Of a stretch of DNA of 64,000 nt, positions 28,001 to 40,000 are shown piece after piece; position 1 is the first letter of the stretch, and each line of letters opens with the position of its first letter. Under the pieces are notes generated by a model. It had not been told where the DNA came from and made no database searches. It saw only the letters and a list, made by a program, of their open reading frames with translations. The DNA is from Hydrolagus affinis (Eukaryota): contig JAAILG010000267.1 in assembly GCA_012026655.1 (NCBI GenBank), positions 1 to 64,000 on the forward strand, in the 5' to 3' direction. The position numbers and the translations under genes are program-made.

Positions 28001-31000
28001 ATTTATTCTTTCTTAATTTGTTTTGAAGGGCCCGATCGGGTTGGATGGCAAAAACGTAAGTATTCTGGCTCTTAATTGTTAGATATTACACATGACATTC
28101 ATTTTACTTTCTCAGTTCCGTTTAACATAACTTATAAGCCTTTCATTTCACTGTGCTAAATCTTCCAAGTGTCATATATTACAGTGATCATATTAAATCA
28201 AGGTAAAATTACATTAAATACTTATTTAACCCATGAACCAAAAAAAAATTGGTATGTGGCTGGTGCCCATGATTGCTTAACAAATACTGTTTCATATTAT
28301 CAAACTTGCATTTAATAAAACACCTTTTAATGTTGTAACAACTCAAATGTAGCAAGTCTTTTCTGTTTCAATTTCTACAAGCTTTTCACAAGAAAAATAT
28401 TTTCAAAGATATTGTCATTCAACACTGCCTGAATATATTTTTCCTATAATTTCAAGGGAAGATGGGTCAAAAAGGTGAAATGGTAAGATCTGAAAGTCAA
28501 ATGTGCCATTCTGTTTCACCCTTTTATTGGTCAGCCAAGAGTCTGACACACATCATCTTCAGATTGGTGCTGCTGAAAAAACGTATTTCATGGATATTTC
28601 TGTACAGACTAGTGCTGTTTGCAAACTTATGTGATCTGAATTAGAAATATTGTTCCGTTTCAAAATAATTCAGTAAAGCTAAACTACTGTATAGTAAAAA
28701 GATTTACATAAATACTGCGTGACAAGCTCAGGATATTACAAGAATTAAGAATAAAAATTCATTTGTGAAGTTCTGCAGTTTATTGATGGAAACATCAGCA
28801 ATAAATGGAACATTCTGTAATTCCTTGGTTTTCGAAGCAAAACTTTTCAAATTCTTCTGATGTTTGAGGTGATGTAACGCAAATTAAATGTTACACTGTT
28901 TTTTTTCCCCAAGTAAACCTTTACAGATGCTGTAACCAAAAGTTGCTTTGTTAAAAATAGCAATGTTCCCAAAATTTCCTTGTTTACAGTCAATCATTAC
29001 TTATCCGTACAAACATTCTTTGTATATTGGGAGGGGGCAAAACCCTTTGTAGGAAGTAACATTTTTCTGTTTGCTGTAACCACTGACTTTTAAAAATTTA
29101 TTTATAGGGTTCACCTGGTTCGAGAGGTGAAAAGGTGAGAACACTTTGCCATTATACTGTATGTACATAATCTGGTAAGACTATATATAAAAAACACTAA
29201 TTCCAATGTTTTCTGTTTATTTGCAAAGGGTGAACCTGGTCAAAATGGAGAAAAGGTAAGATGCAAATTTGTTGATTTTCAAGAATAGAATTCAGAGCAT
29301 TATGTTAGCAGGGTTCTGTGAGCCATGGAACAAAGTTTTTTGAGGAACCAAGTAATTTCCAGTGAATACCTTAAGTAGCAAAAAAAAAAGGTTAAGAGTG
29401 TAGAAAATATGGTAATAATTAATGTAAAGAGAGAGATGTCTTTAGGTATAGTGGTGTGTGTATTTCCCATTGTATCCATGTCCTAAGCGTTTCACAATGC
29501 TGGATTGAGATAACATGTAAGAAGACATTTAGTGTAGATTTTCCTCCCCATTGCTCTAAATTGAATATTGCAATGGCGAGCTTCAGTTCCCAATTTGCAA
29601 ATTATTGAAGAGGAAGATTATGTATCCAAAATTTTTGTTCTTTAGCTGAATTCTGCCAGCAGTTTGAAACCATAAAATTACGAGGAGATCTGTGACACGC
29701 CAGAAAGTCCATCTATGTCTCTCCCTTTTCCATTTTGAGTATTATGTAGTGGTTTAGGGATTGGACTTCTTCTTTATGAAGCTTTAAGTTTTTAGCTTAT
29801 GTGTTGCTTGTTTTGATCAGTTTTAAAGGATTTAAATTGAGGCAACTGATATCAAAAGCATACCTCAAAATCCCAGGATTATCTTAATAAATTTTGTAAC
29901 AGGCACATTAAACATTTGAACTACTTGAATTTGCTGGAATTCTATTTGTATAAATGAAATATAAAATGAACAATAATATTTACATAAAGTAATCTTTACA
30001 AACCAAAGTGACTGTTACAATATTGTGACTGCACAAATGGCACGCAGGGCAATGGCTTGTTTTGAGGAGTGAATAACTGTAAGATTGTACAAAGATAATT
30101 ACGGGATACAGCTTCTTGTTTGGGCACAAAATGTCAAGCAAATACCAGGATCGTGGAAGACAAACTAGATGGATCTTGGTGTTCTTTCACTTAGCAAATT
30201 CTTATTATCTTTTGTTCTTCTATTTGTTTCTGCGTACTAGATACATAAGTCAAACTATTAGTGAGTATGCAACAGCAAAAAATTTTCCTTTTATTGCTTT
30301 TTTTAGGGTCATCGTGGAGAATCTGGATTGCATTTTGTAAGTAGCTACCACTGCTGCAATGTAGTCTGCAATAGGATCCTTTCATTCTTATTGATTATTA
30401 ATCACTATTTTCTTGATCATGGTCAATGATCTTGTAGAGTGTGGAACACTTCTGTTTTGTTAGAACCAAGAATTCCCTTGGTCTTAGTGTAACATCATTA
30501 AATTGTCAGACAATTCTCATTGAAATGAGGATGAGGTGGGTGTGTAAATGGAAAGGTCTTGTGTCTGGAAAACATATTTAAAAGATGCGGTTTGTCACTG
30601 AATCAAGTTTTTTATTTTCTCTGGGCAGTTCTGAATTATCTGTCAATGCTTTTTGTGGGATCTAACATACATTTTGCTCGCTGACGTTCTGTGCTTATAA
30701 TAGAAATCCCATTATAAGTTTGTGGTTTATACTGGGGTCAACATTTTGTGCAAATTGGGGATTCAAAATAACCAGTTTTCAAAATACTTCCTAATTCAAG
30801 TTGTGTATAAATAATAAACAATTGACAAGCAAAAAAGATTGTTAACAGTAAAACAGACTTCCAAAATGCACTGCTGGCTCCAGTTGAAACTTGGCAGCGG
30901 ATGGACTGGGATTTCATGTGTGGAGCATTAAGCCTGAAGTTGGAGGACACTTTGTGCCTAGATCAGGGTTTGGTACTTAAATGTTATACTGTACTTGGAT

Positions 31001-34000
31001 CAGGCACTGCATACAATTGGAAAGAGCGATTTCATACAATAGAATTCTGTACTTGGATCAATACACATTTACCTGGAGATGATTGTTGTAGTTAAAAACA
31101 GCTGTTGTCTTCATACAATTGGGACCTGATTTAAAACACAGGCACAAAATGGCTTTGTTCTGTGCTGAAATGTCTTGGAAAATACTTCTTGATGCTCAGC
31201 GGCTAGCTAACTGGATCCTCTATTCCAGGTAGCTAGTGATCCTTTTTTAAATACTGTACTATGCTTTCGCTCTAATGTGTAAAGTGTTGGTTTCCATTTT
31301 TGAACCTGCTTCAGTTCATTGTAAACTTTTTTTCATATACAGTATATCATGATATAGTATACTAACGCTTGAGTATCCCTCTTTTGGCCTAACCAAGGCA
31401 GCATTTCACTATGACTCATTGTTTGTGTTTGTGCAGGGTCTAAAGGGTGAGAAGGTGAGCATGTTTTCCTTTTTCCAGTATTTGTAAGATTGCACTATCT
31501 TTAGAGATCTCTGCATCTTACTCTTTAATACTGTATTCAACTTTGCAAAGTTATAAATTATATTTTTCTTAAATTAAAATAGTAATTGCCCTTACACTAG
31601 CCTTCACTATAGAACTCTTGATATGCCATGCTGACTAAAGCAGTGTGCACTTCTCAAAGTGCTGTATTTAACAGGGAAACCATACCAACCACTATTACTA
31701 AATTATGCTCCCTGCTTTGAACATGCGCTTTTTATAAGACTTCTAGAACCTGCCCTGTACTATATTGTACAATATTCATAAACCGCTTTTTAACTATGCG
31801 AAACATAGAACATTTGCAAGTAGCTCATATGTATATTGCTTTGTGCTATAAGGGAATAGAATTTTTTGTCAATAGCTGCATGTGCTCAAAATAATGTAGA
31901 ATATTTAAATGATGGATTGTTTATTAAGAATACCATAAAAATTGTTTCTATAGAGTGTACCATTTGGAAAAGAAAGTTATTTAACAATAATGAATCAATT
32001 TCACACTAGTATTTCTGACATGTTGAAACATGGCAAAATGTAAAGCATATCTAATGGAGATATAAAACTTCTTGCCGCCTCACATATTGCACTGTGTTCG
32101 CGACATCATTGCCATAGTTCCTTGTTATCAATGAATACAGTAGGAATTCCCCCAAGTCTGGATTTTTACAGTGAATGCACTAACATCTGATTGGACACTG
32201 AATGCACTGACTTCTGATTTGAGCAGTGAATGCACTAATATCTAATTTGGGCAGTGAACATGCCAGTTCTGACTTTGACAATGAATGTGCCAATAAGCTA
32301 TTACTGTATTAATATTTCTTAAAAATGGATTCTACACCATTCATTGGGAATAATGTGCAATACCTCCTCATCATATAAATTGCAGAAATGTTAAGGGACA
32401 AGAAATAACAATAAAAATACACCAAAGGATTACATATTACAGTATAAGGTGGCTGCATGTATACGTTTAAAATATTGCTCAGCTGGGGCAAGAACAACAA
32501 CAATAAAATTACAATTATAGAGCGCCTTTCACGTCGGGAGGACATGAAAGGCAAGAAAGGGTTACTGTCTTTTTATTGTAACACATCTCTTTTTAGGTTA
32601 CTTTTTGTAATGCTAATGTTTGGGTTGCTTTGGGGGAAAGATATACAGTGATTTTTTTCTCTTTTATAAGTGATGAAGAATGATTTTTAATATTTCAATG
32701 TTAACGGTTCAAATGTTTCTGCCATTTTGTTCCAAACATACAAAGTTCACAAACATATTGGTCTATATTTCAAAATCTAGTGCCTTGCTAGTTTTAGTTG
32801 TGCTTTGTTATTATATATATTGCTGTTGCACTACAGTATAATTATACATATTGCTTTAATGAATATATTTGGCATATATCTTCCACCATCATGTCAACTG
32901 CGAGCAGGCGAGTGTTTGGTCCACGTCTTCTGAATTTATAAAGGAAGCTGATTCTTCAGAACCTAGTATGTGAAATGGAAAAAAAAACACTGAAAAAAAT
33001 TTGTCAATAGAAACAAATAATGTTACCAGTTGCAGAACAACAAAGCATTACAGAACAAAATATATTGTTGTTGTTCAAACACATCTTTTGCTTCAATTAA
33101 AATTCAAGCAAATTTTGGACAGGCCTTCTTAGTGCCCGGACTGATTGTATATACTATAGAGTAGCCACTCACAAGTTCAAAAAGATGTTGATTTTCTTCA
33201 ATTCTTTTCATTCATGGAGAGAAAGCTAAAATGAACACTGCATTAAAACATAAATCTCAACAAACTTCCCTTCTTTTAGGGCCAGCGTGGAAATTCTGGA
33301 CTCTCAGTAAGTGACTTGTCTACTACATAATATATTTTCTACAATAAAGATAAATGGTATAAAAACAACAGTGTTTATGCATACTGGGGGTGAATGAATA
33401 AATACTGTGCGCACTCTTGTGTGTGTTGCAATGAAATATTTGGAAATAACTAAGTTAATAATAAAATGTTGTTTGGTTATTCATGAATTGAAGTCATAAT
33501 GAGTTTGAAATATAACCTGGAATGGGCAGATGAAGGAGATTTAAAAAAAAAAAAATTGTATTTGAAGTCTCATTTGGTGATCCCATTGCAGAGCATACAG
33601 TTTATTCATGAGTTGTCATGCAAAACTTGGAAATGGCTTTGTCTGTGATTTCTTTTCTCCTCTTCCCAAACACAAGTTTCTAATCTTGTAAAACCTAACC
33701 TTTGAGCCACTACCCCCCACCCCATCTCTGAACAGATAAACATCAAAATATTGCATCCATAGTACAATACTTGCAAGTAAGTAGGAACCTGATTGTTAGT
33801 TGATTGGAAGATTGCTTTTCTGGTGGTAATAATTCCATAAAAAAAAGTGGTCACTTAATCCACGGCTGTTTTGGGAAAACTGCTGTGCGCAATTGGTTGC
33901 CGCATTTTGCCCACAAAATATACAGTCAATTCACTGTACAGTAAATTCTGTGAAGCGCTTTGAGGCATCTAGAAGACGTGATAAGGCACTATATCAAATA

Positions 34001-37000
34001 CTAGGATTACTATTATACTTTCAGTCTGACTTGGGGAAACAACCCCCAACAATTTTTTTTATTGGAAATTGAATGAGGGAAGCTTGATTCTTTAAACTTG
34101 CAATATAAGTCCGTTGCATTCTGAAACTGTTTTCTAGTTCCTGCTCCATGGATAGTCTGTGCAGCTGACTCAGTCCATATATATTGGGTAGCATCAGCAC
34201 ACCACAAAAAAAATTGAGTCCATAATAAACCCTGCGGATCCTGTGAGGGGAAGGCTTGTCGCTGGAGGATTTAATTAAGTGGTGTTGAAGATCTGATAAC
34301 AGCTGCGAGGTTGTCCTCATGCCACTGAGTCTCCTGGCGAGGGTCAAACCAGTCCGTAAGATAATTACAGCGATATAGAAGGCTGATAGGGCTATGACTT
34401 TGCTAGCTACACATCAACTGGATTTGCTTTGTAAAATCAGAGTGACAGGAACTGTCGAAGTTGGAATGTCAGTCAGGTCAGCCTTCTGCCCCAGTACATC
34501 GTTAACACCAAAGCAGCAGGAAATATTATGAAGAGACCCACATTTTTTAATCAACCTATAGCTTATTACTTCAGAACCACCCCTTCAGTTTTACATCATC
34601 TCATTTTCATTTAATTGCTGCTTGACTGGAAGTTAATTTGAGTCCAGCATAGAGTGTGTAATATAATGCTTCTAGCCTGATATTAGGAGCAACTAAATAG
34701 CTCTGTAACTGCTTAATTGAATTCAGATATGGGGTTAGCAAACAAAGGCACAGATTCTTAATTATTACAAAATGTCACTGTTGTCATCACCTTCATTTTT
34801 AGAAAAAATGACAGTAGCTCAGCCTCCATTACTTCCATTCTCCTACTGATCTCAGTCAGGTGCCATGCTGAAATAGGAACAAATCTGTACATTTCATTCC
34901 TGACCCCGTGGGGTTAGGCATGCACAGCCAGAATACAGGAGAGGAGAAGAGAGCACAAAGTTACAAAGTAAATCCCATAAATTTGCAAATAAAAATTATT
35001 GTCCATAACACTTAAGGTGTCTCTTCTTTTTTCTCTATCCTTTTCTGTCCTGTTTTCTTCCAATGAAGAATTCAGGCAATTTTGCTGTTGATGTGTGTGG
35101 TTTGAAGAGCAGAAATAGCAGTGTAACAATATGACAGGTGCTCCGATTTAGATATGAAATTCAATTCTTGTCAGTCTGAGTTAACATAGCAAGTGCAGTT
35201 GGCACAAAGCTGCCATTGGCAATACAAAATAATGTACTGTATCATATCAGCCTCCTATATTGCTGTAATTATCTTACACAATAAAAACATGACCCAGTCA
35301 ACTTTCATAGAAATGGTATGTCCATTTCTGCCCCATCTAGATTGTATTTCAGAATATTTCATCAAAACAACTGTTTTAATTACTCAAGCTACTTTACATA
35401 TTGTGTGTATTCAAGTGAGTGTGGGTTTGAGTGTGTGTGTTGCAAGTTTCAGCTGAAAAGTTAATAGTAGAACTTATTCTAAGCATTGTTTCTGCTACTT
35501 TCCATGTCACAGCAATAGGTTGCTTGTGAAATTAATACTATTTTTGATGATATTCCACCAAACAAATTATATGGGTAGTTGTTCAGTGAAGATGGAGTCC
35601 TGTAGCTTAGCCATTAAAGCACTCGCCTTATGAGCGAGAGACCTGGGTTTAATTCAGGCAAGGCGAAATCTTGGGCAAGTTTCCGAACTCCACATACCTG
35701 ATAATAATCCCCTCCACCAAAAAAAAAAGGTCATTTCAATAATCGACTGTTTGTGGGACACTGCTGTGCACAATTGACTGCTGCGTTTCACCCACATATT
35801 TACAGTCAATTCACTTTATCTGTGAAGCGCTTTGAGATGTCTAGAAAACGTGAAAAGCGCTATATCAAATGCAAGGCTTATTATTATTCAGAAAGGGTTG
35901 AAGATTTTACTGTTAAAACAAAAATAACAAATGCCAAGCCATTTTGTATAATAGTAATATAAGAATAATAATAATAATCCTTGCATTTGACGTCTTGCAA
36001 TAATCCTTACAATCGTGCTTTTCACGTCTTCTAGACGTCTCAAACATATATAAATAATATATACAAAAATGTGGGTGCACATTTATTATGTGTGGAGGGA
36101 ACAAACATGATAAATTTGTACCCTATCTGTCCCTATCCTGGAGTCTGAAATTACAAACACAATGGCCGACGGGGTTGGAAAAATTCAAGACGACATGGCC
36201 TTCAAAATTTAATTTTAAAGTTTAACTTTGTAGGGTCGATGGTAAGTGGAGTATTCTTTATTTAAAAAAGACAGAAGGTTACTTTAAGAATACTATGCAC
36301 ATTTATGAAAACGAGTGAAGAAGAATGATTCTGTCTGCCTGTGGATAGAATCACCCAGTTTCTATGTTGCATTCTGTAGGAGTTCCCTGGGACCTCACTA
36401 GCAGCACTTCGTCTAAATCAGATCCTGACTGTGAAGGTTTGTGGGTGCTTTCACTGTCACTATGATCAGTCTTGCAACAGAGTGAGTCGTCTTGTTTTTG
36501 AAGGCAATATTTTCATTTCTGCAAACACGCAGCACGGCAAACCAATTCGTAAAGATTGGGAACTAACCTGTAATTGGTTTATTTGACTACATTTTGAGCT
36601 GAAGATTGATATTGTTCCATTTGACTAGAAAACTAAATTCTGTATTGAAAACTATTTTGATGAGAGCGAATGCAAAATCTGACATGTTGGCTCACTTTGT
36701 CATATGACTGAATCGCAACTCTTCATTTAAAGCCAGCAACAAGTTCTGAGGGTGGTCTTTGGTGAAGAACAATTTGCCTTTTCTATGGATTACATTTCTT
36801 TTCCTGTAACTTTTGTCATATGACGAAAGGGTTTATATTTTCACCAATTGTACACCCGTATGCAAACATTGATGTTGCTGGTTTTCTCTCAATTGTCAAG
36901 CTCTGCTGCTTTTCTCAACATTCTCATCTTTTTTTCCTATATTCTCCCCACTCCCTCCCCCCTCCCCCACCCCCCCCAAATCCTTTGCTGGCATCAACTC

Positions 37001-40000
37001 ATGACCTTTGGCTTTGTACTGGCCTGTGAATTCTGGCTCATCTGGCTGTTCAGTTTACACCTCCTGGATTGTCTGTGCTGCTAGCAGCTGACGAGCAGTA
37101 TATCAAACGCCATCACTACTTCAAGGTAAACTTATTTTCTGTTGCCAAGGGCCAATGTGTTCCTTTTCTGTTTTCTTTTTATTCTTCTTCTCCTTTGTTC
37201 CTTTCTATTTATCTAGTCTTTGGTTATGAAGTATGCTTTTGGCTGCCCTACATAATACCATTTCTTCTGTCTTAATCAGAGAACCAATCGCAAGCCATTG
37301 GTTCAGATGGCTCACAGCTTTAACTTGTCGTCTTTTTTATTCAATCTCAGGGTGAACCAGGACAAGCTGATAATAACTGTTCTCCAGGGCCTCCAGGTCC
37401 CCCAGGGCCCCCCGGACCCAAAGGACCTCCAGGGTATTCAGGACATCCAGGGGCAAATGGATTACCAGTATGTTTTGAGTGCTCCCATTTATTCTTTGGC
37501 CTTAAAAGTTTTTTTTTATGTCTTTCCAGTGACCATAGTAAAACGATGAGACACTTCATGGAGGAAACCCAAAGTTTACTACTTTTTGCATCCTTATTGA
37601 ATTTCAAGCCTTTTAAGAAGATCATACCACTGCACCACATAGTCCTACAAACTTTTGTAGTTACATTAAAAATCCAAGCATTCGATTCATTTCAGAATAT
37701 TCAAGCTGCAACCTAAATGCAGCCAGTGACCATGATCAATATTTGTATGTCCATTGAGAAATACAAACAAATTAAATATTGGAAAGAAGCAATATTGGAA
37801 GTCAAATATACAAACTGCCACTTTGATTGCAAAGTTCATGAGTTTTTGCCTGTTTCTTAACGACATAGAGCATTTTCTATGTTCTCAATATGATATGACA
37901 AGGACATTGAAGAGTTGCCCATATCAAACAATGGCATATGATTATTTATTTCTCAGGGGAAAACTGGAGAACCTGGAAAACCAGGAAGAGATGGAATGAG
38001 GGTAGGTACCCATGATTCAAATAGTTTATTATGTAAATGATTTGGCAAAGTAACTCATTGTATTTTCAAATGACATTAATTCAACAAAGTCTCATTATTT
38101 CAAAATATGTGTTGTAATTTCTTCTTTCTTTCCCTGCAATACACTGGCCCCTCTCTAAGTTGGCACACAAGTGAGCTTTCCCCGGAGATTAGTTTGTGCA
38201 GCTATAACAAATGATAGTAATAGCACATCTTCCTTGTTCCAATGTAAAAGCATTTATCATATTTTTCTCCCTCAACTTTGGCCGAGGTTTTGGAATTCAC
38301 TGCACTTTTTGTTACTTTTCTTTTTCTTTTGAGTAGTCTGCACAACGGAGTCTTGCAACAAATTCACATGTGCTACATTTTAAAAAGTAAATCATTCGTT
38401 ACCATTCCTGCCGTAGTAACTTAATCCAAAGACGCAAAAACCTTTTTTCTCCCAAGATGGTCATTTGTACAGTAGAAGCATTACTCTAGAGTAGAAATTG
38501 TGTGGTAACTGAAAGCTTCAACAACACTTTTTATGTTGAGGATCCACTTACTAACTTTTCAATAATCATTCGCTGGGAATGTTGCACCTTGATTCTGTGC
38601 TGTACAATTTAACCCATTTTATTTTTTAAATCACGGTGATAAATAGTGATAATTGAATTACATTTGAATTACCATGTCACTTTTTGCCTTAAAACATTAC
38701 AATTTCACTCTTCACATTTCCTAGTATTGTCAGACAGTTTGTTATTATCAGATAAAAGTGGCCTGTTCACATCTTGTCACCGTCTTTTCGTTTTTCAGGG
38801 CTCAACTGGAATGACCGGTATGAAGGTAATGAATTGCTTGTCTATTTAGTTTCTAGGATAATATTAATAAATCCTTTTTTGAGGACAAGTTCATGTAAAG
38901 TCAAGCTATTGTGAAGCATTTTCTCTGTTATGTGTCTTTATTCCAAGGCAGAGTATGAAGCCTGAACATAGTAAAATTTACTTTTGGCATTCTGCATCCA
39001 ATAAAGGATTGCGGAATAAAACTGATTTAATTTTTTTAACAGCAGATTTTAATTGTCTCCATTTGCAAGTTGATGATAACAATGTAGGAAAAATGGATGG
39101 TTCTACATTAGAGAAAAATTGCTGTCTTTTCAATATTGAGTGCATTAATGCAGACTATATGTGGATTTAGATATTCTTCTAGAAAATTGTAGGTAACTCA
39201 TTTTCACATTCTAATCATAGGGTGATTCCGGACGTCCAGGTGAAAAGGTAAGACCGCTTTTTGCATTTACCCAAATTTATTAGTTCAAAAGTTCCAAGCC
39301 TAAACTAAATACAATTGGTTTACTTAAAATTGCAAATATAATGTTACTGTTTGACACTGTGTGAAATATTAAATGATTCCTTGAGTAACCAGAATTATCA
39401 AATTCTGAAACACAATCCTTAATTTTCAAGCTGGTTTCCTTTTCAGATCTACAGGAAATTTGTTTTAAAGTTAAAACTGAATTCAGCAATTGCCCCATTC
39501 TGGACACTCTGAAATGCTAGATTAATTGAGTAAATCTAGACTGGTTGAATTTATATCCCCTGCCCCCACCCCATATCTACTGCATTAGATAAACCATGCT
39601 CTGTGCATGATAGTGAATTTCACCTCATTTTGCAAAGACAAAACATAACATCCGGAACATAGGGTACAGTAGACATTTGTGCCACTGTATATTGATTATT
39701 TTTCGTATAGCATTTTAATTGGTTATACTTACTAAATATTAACACATAAAAAATGAAAGGACTATAAATTAAAACAGCTTATTCTTCATTATAAATGAAG
39801 ATGTATTTGATCGTGGAGCTTTATTTAAAACTCCTGCCTTTGAAGCAGCATTAGAGAGAAAATTATTTAAAAAAACAACTATCATTTACTTTTGTTTCCT
39901 GTCATCCAGGGTGATCCAGGTGCTACTGGAAAGTCAGGAGCAAAGGTGATTTTTTTAGTATTGTTATTAATTAATAGTGGCAATTACATTGTATGTTACA

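Noticed and set aside
32169-32290. CRISPR-like periodic repeat
   Set aside because: Contiguous degenerate tandem units without unique spacers in a vertebrate intron; a minisatellite.
35594-35665. tRNA gene-like sequences (also 95-150, 41760-41830, 59470-59537)
   Set aside because: These are SINE heads continuing into SINE body or tail, and are mutated.
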